The notes under the pieces are model-generated. The model did not search any database, was not told where the DNA came from, and saw nothing but the letters and a program-made list of their open reading frames with translations. The position numbers were made by a program, and so were the translations under genes. Below are positions 17,542 through 27,509 of a stretch of 30,403 bases of DNA, in pieces (position 1 is the first letter of the stretch; the number at the start of each line of letters is the position of its first letter). This DNA comes from Clostridia bacterium (GTDB lineage: Bacteria > Bacillota > Clostridia > TANB77 > CAG-508), in contig CAAGQX010000184.1 in assembly GCA_900772235.1 (NCBI GenBank), forward strand, positions 1 through 30,403, written 5' to 3'.

Positions 17542-19521
17542 TTATTTACTTTCTTTTTTAGGTTTATTCCAAGAAATGTAATCACATTTTTCCGGATTAT
17601 TTTCACAAATATAATAGTTTCTTCTTTTTTTAGTTTTTCTAATTTGAACTTTTCCTCCACATTTAGGACAAGGTTCTTCTATTGTTTCTACAAGTGGTTT
17701 TGCATTCTGGCATTCTGGATATCCTGGGCACGCTAAAAACTTTCCATATCTTCCATATTTTATTACCATCATTCTACCACATTTTTCGCATGGTACATCA
17801 GATACTTCTGGCTCTAGTTTTACATGTTCTAGTTCTTTTTCAACTTTTTCTACCACAATTTCAAATGGGCCATAAAAATCTGCTATTACTTTTTTCCATT
17901 GTAGTTTTCCTTCAGCTATTTGGTCAAATTCCTCTTCCATTTTAGCTGTGAATGTTTCATTTATTACATCTGGGAAGTTTTCTACTAAAAGTTTATTTAC
18001 AACTTTTCCTAAATCTGTTGGGTATAATTGCTTTTGGCTTTTTTCTATATACCTTCTTGCAAGTATTGTTGTTATTGTTGGTGAATAAGTACTTGGTCTT
18101 CCTATTCCTTTTTCTTCTAAGGCTTTTACTAAGCTTGCCTCCGTGTATCTTGGTGGTGGTTCTGTAAAGCTTTGTTTTGTATCTACTTTTTCTTTTACTA
18201 GTTCTTGCCCCTCTTTTAATTCTGGAATTTTCTCAAATTCTTCTTTTACGCTATTGTCTTCTGTTTCTACATATAATGCCATAAATCCTTTAAATTTAAT
18301 TGTTTGTCCATTTGCCCTAAAATTATATTCATCTGCATTTATTTTTACTGAAACAGTGTTATAAACAGCATTTGCCATTTGACTTGCTAAAAATCTATTA
18401 TATATTAATTTATATAATTTGTATTGGTCTGTTGTTAAAGAACTTTTTATTTCGTCTGGCTCTAGTTCTATATGTGCTGGTCTAATTGCCTCGTGTGCAT
18501 CTTGTGCATCTGATTTAGTTTTATAATATCTATTTTCATAATATTCTTTTCCATATAGCTTTTCAACTTGCACTTTTGCTGCGCTTCTTGCTTCATCAGA
18601 TATTCTTACAGAGTCTGTTCTCATATATGTTATTAAACCTGTACTGCCTTTTCCTTCTATTTTCACACCTTCATACAAAGTTTGAGCTACAGACATAGTT
18701 TTCTTTAAAGCAAATCCTAATTTTCTTGAAGCTTCTTGTTGCATTGTACTTGTTGTGAATGGTGGTGCTGGTGCTCTTTTCTTTTCGCCTTTTTTTATTT
18801 CATTTACTATAAATTTAGCTTTTTCAAGTTCTTTTACTATTTTTTCTACTTCTTCTTTAGAGTGTAATTCTATTTTCTTATCATTTTTACCATAGAATTT
18901 AGCTTCAAATGTAGTTTTTGCTTTTTGCCCTTTTAATGTAGCATATATATTCCAATATTCTTCTGGAATAAATTTTTCTATTTCTTCTTCTCTTTCTACA
19001 ATTAGCCTTACCGCAACAGATTGCACTCTACCTGCAGATAATCCTTTTTGTACTTTTTTCCATAATACTGGGCTTATTTTGTAACCTACTATTCTATCTA
19101 ACACTCTTCTTGCTTGTTGTGCATCTGTTAAATTCATATCTATTTTTCTAGGTTTTTTTATTGCTTCTTTTACTGTATTTTTGGTTATTTCGTTAAATGT
19201 AACTCTGCAAATAGAATCTTCATCTATATTTAAAATATGTGCTAAGTGCCACGCAATAGCTTCTCCTTCACGGTCAGGGTCGGTTGCAAGATATATTTTT
19301 TTTGCAGATTTTGCATCTTTTTTTAAACTTTTAATTAAATCTCCTTTTCCTCTTATGTTTATATATTCTGGTTCAAAAGTTTTTAAGTTTACTGCTAGCT
19401 TAGATTTTGGTAAATCTCTTATATGTCCCATTGAAGCAACAACTTTTGTGCTTCCTCCTAAAAACTTTTTTATTGTGCTCGCTTTTGCTGGAGACTCTAC
19501 TATTATTAAAGTATCTGCCAT
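17542..19521 (-). CDS. topA: DNA topoisomerase I
   Basis: N-terminal Toprim LIIVESPAKASTIKKFLG, DPDREGEAIAWH, active-site region GLITYMRTDS, C-terminal Cys4 zinc ribbons (CEKCGRMM...CPGYPEC; CPKCGG). Confidence 0.95.
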   Translation of the reverse strand: MADTLIIVESPAKASTIKKFLGGSTKVVASMGHIRDLPKSKLAVNLKTFEPEYINIRGKGDLIKSLKKDAKSAKKIYLATDPDREGEAIAWHLAHILNIDEDSICRVTFNEITKNTVKEAIKKPRKIDMNLTDAQQARRVLDRIVGYKISPVLWKKVQKGLSAGRVQSVAVRLIVEREEEIEKFIPEEYWNIYATLKGQKAKTTFEAKFYGKNDKKIELHSKEEVEKIVKELEKAKFIVNEIKKGEKKRAPAPPFTTSTMQQEASRKLGFALKKTMSVAQTLYEGVKIEGKGSTGLITYMRTDSVRISDEARSAAKVQVEKLYGKEYYENRYYKTKSDAQDAHEAIRPAHIELEPDEIKSSLTTDQYKLYKLIYNRFLASQMANAVYNTVSVKINADEYNFRANGQTIKFKGFMALYVETEDNSVKEEFEKIPELKEGQELVKEKVDTKQSFTEPPPRYTEASLVKALEEKGIGRPSTYSPTITTILARRYIEKSQKQLYPTDLGKVVNKLLVENFPDVINETFTAKMEEEFDQIAEGKLQWKKVIADFYGPFEIVVEKVEKELEHVKLEPEVSDVPCEKCGRMMVIKYGRYGKFLACPGYPECQNAKPLVETIEEPCPKCGGKVQIRKTKKRRNYYICENNPEKCDYISWNKPKKESK

Positions 19522-19557
19522 TTTACTTTCCTTTCTTTTTCACTTGCTGATTAAATT

Positions 19558-20796
19558 TTAGCAATATAGTGGGTATTTATCGCAAATGTTTTTTACTTCT
19601 GCTTTTATTTCTTCTTTTTTAATTTCATAATTTTCTACTGTTTCATTTATTAAATTAGCTATTTTTTTCATTTCTCCTTCTTTAAATCCACGAGTTGTTA
19701 CAGCAGGCGTTCCTATTCTTATTCCACTAGTTATAGATGGTTTTTGTGGATCAAATGGTATTGCATTTTTATTTACTGTTATTCCAACTTCGTCAAGTCT
19801 TACTTCTAGCTCTTTTCCTGTTATATTTTTATTTCTTAAATCTATTAATATTAAATGATTATCTGTTCCATCTGACACTAATTTAAAACCATATTTTTTT
19901 AATTCCTCTGCCAAAACATTTGCATTATGAACTACTTGTTCTTGGTATTTTTTAAATTCTGGAGTTAATGCCTCTTTGAAGCATACTGCTTTTGCTGCAA
20001 TAATATGCATAAGTGGCCCACCTTGAATTCCTGGAAATACTGCTTTATCTATTTGTTTTGCATATTCTTCTTTGCAAAGTATCATTCCACCTCTTGGACC
20101 TCTTAATGTTTTATGTGTTGTAGTTGTAACAAAGTCTGCATACTCTACTGGGTTTGGATGTAATCCAGCCCCAACAAGTCCTGCAATGTGTGCCATATCT
20201 ACCATAAGGTAAGCCCCTACTTTATTTGCAATTTCTCTAAAACGCTTGAAGTCTATAATTCTTGGATATGCACTAGCACCTGTTACTATCATTTTAGGTT
20301 TATTCTCTAAAGCCAATCTTTCTACTTCATCATAGTCTATTATTCCTGTATCTTCTTTTACTCCATATGGAATAAAATTATATAATTTCCCTGAAGAATT
20401 TACTTTACTTCCGTGAGTTAGGTGTCCTCCGTGTGCTAAGTTTAACCCTAATACTGTATCTCCTGGTACAAGCATTGCTTGGTATACTGCCATATTAGCT
20501 TGTGCACCAGAATGTGGTTGCACATTTATGTGTTCTGCTCCAAATATCTTTTTAGCTCTTTCAATTGCTAAGTTTTCTACTACATCTACAAATTCGCATC
20601 CACCATAATATCTATTACCTGGGTAACCTTCTGCATACTTATTAGTCATATAACTTCCCATTGCTTCCATTACAGCTTTACTTGCAAAATTTTCTGATGC
20701 TATTAATTCTATTTTATTTCTTTGTCTTCCTAGTTCATTTTCTATTGCTTCGTATACTTCTAAATCTTCTTTTTTTAAATTTTCAAAACTTGGCAT
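19558..20796 (-). CDS. glyA: serine hydroxymethyltransferase
   Basis: 412 aa with [25 protein letters not shown] and the PLP-lysine region [14 protein letters not shown]. Confidence 0.95.
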   Translation of the reverse strand: MPSFENLKKEDLEVYEAIENELGRQRNKIELIASENFASKAVMEAMGSYMTNKYAEGYPGNRYYGGCEFVDVVENLAIERAKKIFGAEHINVQPHSGAQANMAVYQAMLVPGDTVLGLNLAHGGHLTHGSKVNSSGKLYNFIPYGVKEDTGIIDYDEVERLALENKPKMIVTGASAYPRIIDFKRFREIANKVGAYLMVDMAHIAGLVGAGLHPNPVEYADFVTTTTHKTLRGPRGGMILCKEEYAKQIDKAVFPGIQGGPLMHIIAAKAVCFKEALTPEFKKYQEQVVHNANVLAEELKKYGFKLVSDGTDNHLILIDLRNKNITGKELEVRLDEVGITVNKNAIPFDPQKPSITSGIRIGTPAVTTRGFKEGEMKKIANLINETVENYEIKKEEIKAEVKNICDKYPLYC

Positions 20797-20826
20797 ATTT
20801 ATTCCTCCAATTTTTACTATTTTAGA

Positions 20827-20855
20827 ATTATATACTAATTTTTAAAAAGTGTAAA
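20827..20855 (-). promoter_or_regulatory. sigma-A type promoter of glyA-topA
   Basis: - strand TTTACA (20855-20850), 17-nt spacer, TATAAT (20832-20827), about 30 nt upstream of the glyA ATG. Confidence 0.55.
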
Positions 20856-20937
20856 CATTATGGGACCACTTTTTTAAATTAATAAGCATTTAGAACACTA
20901 TATTGTAAATAATGGGCATACATTATTATAAGATAAT

Positions 20938-20963
20938 GGGCGGGTTTGGAACCCGCCCCTACA
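20938..20963 (-). repeat. REP-like GC-rich palindrome flanked by GTAG (copy B)
   Basis: Stem GGGCGGGTT / AACCCGCCC (20938-20958, loop TGG) followed by CTACA (20959-20963) on the + strand. Confidence 0.6.
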
Positions 20964-20990
20964 AATTTAATAATGTATTTTTGTATTTGC

Positions 20991-21013
20991 GGGCGATTAA
21001 AATCGCCCCTACA
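20991..21013 (-). repeat. REP-like GC-rich palindrome flanked by GTAG (copy C)
   Basis: Palindrome GGGCGATT AA AATCGCCC (20991-21008) followed by CTACA (21009-21013). Direct orientation with copy B, 27 nt away. Immediately downstream of the activase-related gene stop. Confidence 0.55.
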
Positions 21014-21025
21014 TTTTAATTTTTT

Positions 21026-24000
21026 CTATTTTTTCAAATTGTCTTTTGCTACTGTTATTAATAGCTTTATTCTGTTTGTTTGGTTTGTTTCACTTGCACC
21101 TGGATCGTAGTCTATTGGTATAATATTTGCTTCTGGGTACTTGTTTCTAATTGTTTTTATTACTCCCTTTCCTACTATGTGGTTTGGAAGGCACGCAAAT
21201 GGCTGTACACACATAATGTTTTGTATCCCTTGACTCATAAATTCCACTATTTCGGCTGTAAGTAGCCATCCTTCTCCTGTTTGGTTTCCTGTTGATAGTA
21301 TCTCTTCTACTTCTTTTGCAAGTTCGTTTATATCACACGGTTCCATATAGCCCTTACTAGAACTTGCTAAAGCATTTCTATAATGTTTTTCTATTTTGTT
21401 TAATAATTTTAAGCCCAATTCAAATACTTCTGCTTTTATTTTTGATGTTTTTAGTAATTTTTGTTTTATTGGTGTATTTTTTATTACATATTTTACAAAT
21501 CCCATTAATTCTGGAATATATACTTCTGTTCCTTCTTTTTCTAGTATTTCTTCTGCAAAATTATTTCCATATGGATGATATTTTATTAATATTTCTCCAA
21601 CAATTCCTACCTTTGGTTTTAAAATAGACATATCTACTGGAATTTTCTCAAAATCGTTTACTATTTCATATAGGCTATTATTAAACTCTTTCAAAGTTGA
21701 TTTTTCTACTAACTTTTTGCACTTTTCTAGCCATTCATAATATAATTTATTTGTTTCGCCTTTGTTTACTTCATATGCTCTATTTTTATGTAACACTTTT
21801 TGCAATAAGTCACCATATATGGTTGCTTTTAATAGTTTTTGTAGTAAACTAAAATCTACTTTGAAACCTGGGTTTTTCTCTAGTCCTGCAAAATTGAAAG
21901 ATATTACTGGAACATTCTCAAATCCTGCATCTTTAAGTGCTTTTCTTATGAATCCTATATAATTTGTAGCTCTACATCCTCCTCCTGTTTGTGAAATCAT
22001 AAGTGCTGTTTTATTTACATCATATTTTCCAGATTGAAGTGCTTCTATCATTTGCCCTGTTGTTAATATTGATGGATAGCAAGCATCATTATTTACATAT
22101 TTTAATCCTGTTTCTACAGTTTTACTTGTACATTCCTTTAAAACTTCTACTTTATATCCTGATGAATTTAGTGCCGCTTCAAATAATTCAAAGTGTATTG
22201 GTGCCATTTGTGGAATTAATATTGTATACTTTTCTCTCATTTCTTTAGTAAATTGTTTTTTATTTATTTCATATTCTCCGTTATCTTCTTGAGAGTTATT
22301 CTCGCATTTATTTTCCATACTAGCAAGTAATGATCTTATTCTTATTTTTATTGCTCCTAAGTTATTTACTTCATCTATTTTTATTAGTGTATATAGTTTA
22401 TTATAGCTAGATAAAATTTCTTCTGTCTGGTCTGTTGTTACTGCATCTACCCCACAGCCAAATGAATTTAGTTGTACTAATTCTAAGTTTTTTTGTTTTC
22501 CTACAAAATCTGCTGCTCTATATAATCTTGAGTGAAACATCCATTGGTCTACTACTCTAATTGGTCTTTTTATTTCTCCGAAGGTTAGAAATGCTATCTT
22601 CCGTAAGAACTGCTAGTCCAAGGCTTGTAATCATTTTATCTATTCCGTGGTTTACCTCTTTATCTAAATGATATGGTCTTCCTGCTAGTACAATTCCTTT
22701 TAGATTATGCTCATTTATATATTCTAGTGTTTCTTTTCCCTTTTGAGCTATATCCTCTTTGAAGTTGCTGTACTCTTTTTGTGCTGCATCTATTGCATCA
22801 TTTAATTCTTTTTTAGTGAATTTATATTTTTTAAATTGTTCTAATTCTAGAATTCTTTTTACTAAGCCTGGTTTTTCAAATGGTAAAAATGGATTTATGA
22901 ATTCTACATCTTTTAACTCTTCAACATTATTTTTAAGTGTTTCTGAATATGATATTACAATTGGACAGTTATAGCTATTATCTGCTGTTTTGTCTTCTTT
23001 TCTTGAATACATTATACAAGGATAAAAGATTGTTGTTATTCCTTTTTCTAGTAAATTAATTATATGTCCGTGAGATAATTTTGCAGGATAGCAAACTGAT
23101 TCTGATGGTATGCTTTCCATTCCTTTTTCATATGTTTTCCTACTTGTTTTATCAGATAATATTACTCTAAATCCTAATTTTGTAAACATTGTAAACCAAA
23201 ATGGATAGTCTTCATACATATTCAAAACTCTTGGTATTCCTATTGTTCCTCTTGTAGCTTCATTTTCTTCTAATGGTTTATAGTTAAATAATCTATTATA
23301 TTTGTATTCATATAAATTTGGTATATCTTTTTTACCATTATCTATTCCTGCGCCTTTTTCGCATCTGTTTCCAGAAATAAACTTTTTACCATTAGAAAAT
23401 TGGTTTAATGTAAGTAAACATTTATTTTCGCAACCTTTACATCTAGTATGAATTACTGTTCTTTTTAAGTTATCTATTTCATCTGTTCCTAATATTCCAG
23501 ATTTTGCTGTATTTTCTAACTTGTGGTATTTTTCTTTTGCAATTAATGCTGCACCATATGCACCCATTAATCCTGCAATATCTGGTCTTATTACATTTTT
23601 TCCTACTATTAATTCAAAAGCTCTAAGTACTGCATCATTATAAAATGTACCACCTTGCACTACTATATTGTTTCCAAGTTCTTGCACATTTCTTATTTTC
23701 ATTACTTTTTGAATTGCATTTTTTACAACTGAATATGAAAGTCCTGCCGATATATCCCCTACTGAATAACCCTCTTTTTGAGCTTGCTTTATTTTTGAAT
23801 TCATAAATACAGTACATCTAGATCCTAAATCTACTGGTTTTCTAGCCTCTAAAGCCTCTTTTACAAATTCTTCTAAACTCAAATTTAAACTTTTTGCAAA
23901 AGTTTCTATAAAAGAGCCACAGCCCGAAGAGCACGCTTCATTAAGCATAATATTATTTACAGCATTATTTTTTATTTTTATGTATTTCATATCTTGTCCA

Positions 24001-25258
24001 CCTATATCTACTATGCTTGTTACCTCTGGCATAAAGTTCTTTGCAGCTGTATAATGTGCTATTGTTTCAATTTCACCTATATCTACATTTAATGCAGTTT
24101 GGATTAATTTTTCGCCATATCCGTGTTACTCCACTGTATGTAATATTTACTTCTGAAGGAAGTTTTTCATATATTCTTTTTACCATATTTATAACACTTT
24201 CTAGTGGTTTGCCTTCATTGTTTTTGTAGGCAGAATATAGTATTTCTCCATCTTCATTTATTAGCACAAGTTTACTGGTTGTTGAGCCTGCATCTATTCC
24301 CATAAAGCAATTACCCTTGTGCTCTTTTAAATCTTTTCTTTTTACTTTGTCTTGTCCGTGCCTTTTTCTAAACTCTTTATATTCTTCTTCAATTGTAAAT
24401 AGTGGTCTTAACGAATCTTTTCCTTCATCTTTGTAGCTTTTTAGCAAGTCTACTTTTGCTCTTAATTTTTGTATACTCATTGGCTTATAGTTTGCCGATT
24501 CTATTGCTGCTCCTTTTGCAACTAGTAAATGAGCATCTTCTGGATAAATAACATTTTCGTCTTTTAACTCCAATGTTTCTATAAACCTTTTTCTTAGTTC
24601 TGGTAAGTAACTAAGTGGTCCTCCTAAAAATGCTACATTTCCTCTAATTGGTCTTCCACAAGCAAGTCCACTTATAGTTTGGTTTACAACCGCTTGGAAA
24701 ATTGAAACAGCAATGTCTTCTTTAGTTGCTCCTTCATTTAAAAGTGGTTGTATATCTGTTTTTGCAAAAACTCCACATCTTGATGCTATTGGATATATTG
24801 TTTTATAATTTTTCGCAAGTTCATTTAGTCCTATTGTATCTGTATTTAGTAGCGTAGCCATTTGGTCTAAAAATGCTCCTGTTCCGCCTGCACAAGTTCC
24901 ATTCATTCTTTGCTCAATTGATTTTCCAAAATATATTATTTTTGCATCTTCTCCTCCTAGTTCAATAGCTACATCTGTTTTAGGAATATATTTTTCAATT
25001 GATCTTTTACAAGCCACAACCTCTTGAATGAATTTTATATCTAAATATTCAGAAATTGCAAGTGCTCCGTGAACCTGTTAATGCAATTGTAATTTCATCG
25101 TCTTTATATTTTTCTAATAATTCCTCCATACATTTTAATATAGTTTTTTTAGTATCTGAAAAGTGTCTTTGGTAACTTGTATCTATTGTATTTAAATTTT
25201 CATCCATCACAACTACTTTTACTGTAGTTGAACCAATGTCTAAACCTATGTGTTTCAT
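21026..25258 (-). CDS. acyl-CoA dehydratase activase-related fusion protein (two BcrAD/BadFG/HgdC-type ATPase modules plus 2-hydroxyglutaryl-CoA dehydratase D-component-like region); 1409 aa if three +1 breaks at CGG are bridged
   Basis: Track ORFs 25049-25258 ([14 protein letters not shown]), 24073-25017 (second module start [13 protein letters not shown]), 22557-24032 ([11 protein letters not shown], Cys motifs) and 21026-22540 are collinear parts of the approx 1400-aa clostridial CoA-substrate-specific enzyme activase family. Span 4233 nt = 3n+3. Confidence 0.8.
22578..22580 (-). other. in-frame CGG, +1 frame-break site (activase-related, 3rd)
   Basis: - strand ctt-CGG-aga. Skipping the C gives GGA GAA ATA AAA AGA CCA = GEIKRP([14 protein letters not shown]), joining 22557-24032 to 21026-22540. 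Confidence 0.85.
24121..24123 (-). other. in-frame CGG, +1 frame-break site (activase-related, 2nd)
   Basis: - strand aca-CGG-ata. Skipping the C gives GGA TAT GGC GAA AAA = GYGEK([19 protein letters not shown]...[14 protein letters not shown]). Confidence 0.85.
25067..25069 (-). other. in-frame CGG, +1 frame-break site (activase-related, 1st)
   Basis: - strand tca-CGG-agc. Skipping the C gives GGA GCA CTT GCA ATT = GALAI([22 protein letters not shown]). Confidence 0.85.
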
Positions 25259-25320
25259 TTATCTTACTCCTTAATTAAAACTGAAATTTATAGTAATATG
25301 CTTGTATGTTGCTATATATA

Positions 25321-26055
25321 TCATACATATATATTATTTCTCCGGTTATTAGCTTCTAATTTTAAGTTTGGAAAAGTTCTTAGCATCTTTCTATCTGAAA
25401 AAACTTTATTGCCTAAATTTAAAAGTTTTTCTTGGCTAAGCAATTTATCATATTCTTCTATATATTTTTCTTTGTTTTGAACATCTAAATTATATGTATA
25501 TACCGTTCTTGCAAAAAATAGTTTTAAAGAAACTGCTGTTAATATTCCATCTATTGCAAGAGCTACTACTATTATTATAAGTACAGTTCTTAAAATTTTT
25601 GTTGAAAACTTTTCTTGCAATTTGTCTAATAGCTTATCTATTATTGGATTAAAATGGCTCATTAAATATATTGCAAGTAATCCCCAAAACAAAGAAAACG
25701 TAAAACATACTCTGCCATTTATGTTAAGAAAATTTGTTGAATAATCCCACCATTTTACTTTAAATATAATTTCTCCTACAAGGCTTATTACATATTCTAT
25801 AATTGAACCTATAACAAATCCTCCAAAAAATAAAGTATACTTATTTTTTGTAAAATACTGCAAGCCTAATATCATAGCAACTGCTCCTACTCCATATATA
25901 GGGCAAAATGGACCATATAAAAAGCCCTTTCTGCTTTCTAAAGTGCCCTTTGTAAGTAGTCCAAATGCAGTTTCTATTAAATATCCCATTATGCTGTATA
26001 TTACAAAATATGCAAGTATTCTCCATATGTTTATTTTCCTTGTTTTCTTTTCCAT
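25321..26055 (-). CDS. polytopic membrane protein, PF06541-like (putative ABC-transporter type IV / CmpB-like); C-terminus uncertain
   Basis: Multiple TM segments and GFLYGPFCPIYGVGAV, which I associate with PF06541. RBS AAAGGAG. Contains an in-frame CGG 8 codons before the stop; a +1 shift there would move the stop to 25275. Confidence 0.6.
   Translation of the reverse strand: MEKKTRKINIWRILAYFVIYSIMGYLIETAFGLLTKGTLESRKGFLYGPFCPIYGVGAVAMILGLQYFTKNKYTLFFGGFVIGSIIEYVISLVGEIIFKVKWWDYSTNFLNINGRVCFTFSLFWGLLAIYLMSHFNPIIDKLLDKLQEKFSTKILRTVLIIIVVALAIDGILTAVSLKLFFARTVYTYNLDVQNKEKYIEEYDKLLSQEKLLNLGNKVFSDRKMLRTFPNLKLEANNRRNNIYV
25342..25344 (-). other. in-frame CGG near the C-terminus (12th site; shift not verifiable by homology)
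   Basis: - strand aac-CGG-aga, the same 9-mer as the yigZ site. 0-frame tail is RRNNIYV-stop. +1 tail is GEIIYMYDIYSNIQAYYYKFQF-stop at 25275-25277. Confidence 0.5.
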
Positions 26056-26124
26056 AATAACTCCTTTATTCTCTATTTTTTATTTTACAAATAAATTGTG
26101 AATTTCGTATGAACTTTTAGAATA

Positions 26125-26153
26125 ATTATACGGGTTTTGTCATAATTTGTCGA
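26125..26153 (-). promoter_or_regulatory. candidate sigma-A promoter for the membrane-protein/activase unit
   Basis: - strand TCGACA (26153-26148), 17-nt spacer, TATAAT (26130-26125). Confidence 0.45.
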
Positions 26154-26171
26154 GTAAAAACGCAAAAAAAT

Positions 26172-26198
26172 ACAGATGCAATTAAATTTTACATCTGT
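26172..26198 (-). terminator. intrinsic terminator after rpmA
   Basis: Stem ACAGATG (26172-26178) / CATCTGT (26192-26198), 13-nt loop. On - RNA it is followed by AUUUUUUU (rc of 26163-26171). Confidence 0.65.
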
Positions 26199-26206
26199 TT
26201 TTTATT

Positions 26207-26464
26207 TTAGTTTTCTGCGTAAACGCTTACTTGTTTTTTGTCTTTACCTTTTCTTTCAAATTTTACTTTTCCGTCTACTACTGCATATAAAGTATCATCG
26301 CTACCTTTTCTTACATTAGTACCTGGATGTACTTTTGTTCCTCTTTGTCTTACTAATATATTTCCTGCAAGAACAAATTGTCCGTCTGCTCTTTTCACAC
26401 CTAAACGTTTAGACTCACTATCTCTACCGTTTTTAACACTACCTTGACCTTTTTTATGTGCCAT
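26207..26464 (-). CDS. rpmA: 50S ribosomal protein L27 (no N-terminal propeptide)
   Basis: [24 protein letters not shown]... is canonical L27 starting directly at the mature-type N-terminus. Confidence 0.95.
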   Translation of the reverse strand: MAHKKGQGSVKNGRDSESKRLGVKRADGQFVLAGNILVRQRGTKVHPGTNVRKGSDDTLYAVVDGKVKFERKGKDKKQVSVYAEN

Positions 26465-26509
26465 TTATATTCACTCCCTTCACATTGCTTTTGATTATGA
26501 TCTCTTTTA

Positions 26510-26905
26510 TTATTCTTCTACTTTTTCAGCTTTTTTTGTTGCAGTTTTTTTCTCTGCTGTTGCTGTTGTTTTTGCTGTTTCTTTTTTCTCTGCAGCTGTT
26601 TTAATAGCAGTAATTTCAACCTTTGTATATGGTTGTCTATGTCCTTGTTTCTTTCTTTCATTCTTTTTAGCTTTCATTTTGAAAACAATTATTTTTTTAC
26701 CTTTTCCGTGTGATACTACTTTACCTTCTACTTTCACACCTTTTACATAAGGATTTCCAACTTTTACTCCTTTTTCATCAGATACTAATATTACTTTATC
26801 AAAAGTAACTTTTTTTCCTTCTTCAGCATCTAATTTTTCAAAGAAAATTGTATCTCCTTCTAATACTTTGTATTGCTTTCCACAAGCTTCGATTATTGCA
26901 TACAT
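26510..26905 (-). CDS. rplU: 50S ribosomal protein L21 with a Lys/Ala/Thr/Glu-rich C-terminal tail
   Basis: [14 protein letters not shown]... is a canonical L21 N-terminus (ATG 26905; the track start 26923 adds 6 unlikely residues). About 30 extra C-terminal residues ([30 protein letters not shown]). Confidence 0.9.
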   Translation of the reverse strand: MYAIIEACGKQYKVLEGDTIFFEKLDAEEGKKVTFDKVILVSDEKGVKVGNPYVKGVKVEGKVVSHGKGKKIIVFKMKAKKNERKKQGHRQPYTKVEITAIKTAAEKKETAKTTATAEKKTATKKAEKVEE

Positions 26906-27005
26906 TATCGAAAAGCACCTCATCTTTCTTTCTAATACTCGCTAAGTTTGAATTTTAGGTAGTTATAAAACTTTTCAACCTAACTTAAGCGGCTTACAGA
27001 TGAAT
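26906..27005 (-). promoter_or_regulatory. structured rplU 5' leader (L21-leader-like)
   Basis: On - RNA an outer helix CGCT(T)AAGT (26991-26983) / ACTTAGCG (26947-26940) encloses the inner helix TTAGGT / ACCTAA (26983-26978 with 26960-26955). Lies between the promoter and the RBS. Confidence 0.4.
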
Positions 27006-27034
27006 ATTTTACCATAAAACATAATGTTTGTCAA
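27006..27034 (-). promoter_or_regulatory. sigma-A promoter of rplU-rpmA
   Basis: - strand TTGACA (27034-27029), 17-nt spacer ending in TGG, TAAAAT (27011-27006). Confidence 0.6.
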
Positions 27035-27051
27035 ATGTTTAAATAAAAATA

Positions 27052-27075
27052 GGCACAAAAATTTAATTTTGTGCC
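27052..27075 (-). terminator. intrinsic terminator overlapping the stop codon of the 110-aa ORF
   Basis: 9-bp stem GGCACAAAA / TTTTGTGCC with a 6-nt loop containing the stop codon. U-rich tract follows on - RNA (rc of 27041-27050). Confidence 0.6.
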
Positions 27076-27395
27076 CATCTTACCATTTTTACATCTTTAT
27101 ATTTGTCGAGAACTTCCATATATTTTTGGTATTCTTCTTCCCATAAAATTTCTGGTACTTTATCAAAAGCATCAAAAACTTTTTCCGCTTCTTGAAGAAA
27201 AATAATTTGCTCTTGACTATTCAATTTCTCATATTTTCTTGAAAACTTATATAATTTATCTAGCATTTGGTTTGCTTCTATAAATGACCAAAAATCTTTA
27301 ACTTTCATTCCTGCTGCTCTTATTTGTGCAATTGAGAATGCAACTAGCAAAAATATTACAAATAATAACATATATATTATAATAAAAAAAATCAT
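27063..27395 (-). CDS. hypothetical small membrane-anchored protein
   Basis: 110 aa. N-terminal TM (IFFIIIYMLLFVIFLLVAFSI) followed by a charged helical region. RBS AAGGAGAAAA. No family recognised. Confidence 0.6.
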   Translation of the reverse strand: MIFFIIIYMLLFVIFLLVAFSIAQIRAAGMKVKDFWSFIEANQMLDKLYKFSRKYEKLNSQEQIIFLQEAEKVFDAFDKVPEILWEEEYQKYMEVLDKYKDVKMVRWAQN

Positions 27396-27509
27396 TTGTT
27401 TTCTCCTTATTTTCCTGCGTATATTCCATATTATAACATATTATGTTTTTTTTGCCAATAGTAGCCCAAGTTTTTTTCTATCATTTTACAATTATTGGGA
27501 ATAAAATAA

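Noticed and set aside
20797-21025. Riboswitch or T-box in the 229-nt region upstream of glyA
   Set aside because: The region is explained by two REP-like palindromes plus a promoter only about 30 nt from the start codon. That leaves no room for a leader element, and no T-box or specifier-like features were seen.
25841-26026. 61-aa - strand ORF nested in the membrane-protein gene
   Set aside because: It is an out-of-frame overlap with a well-supported polytopic membrane protein and has no RBS.
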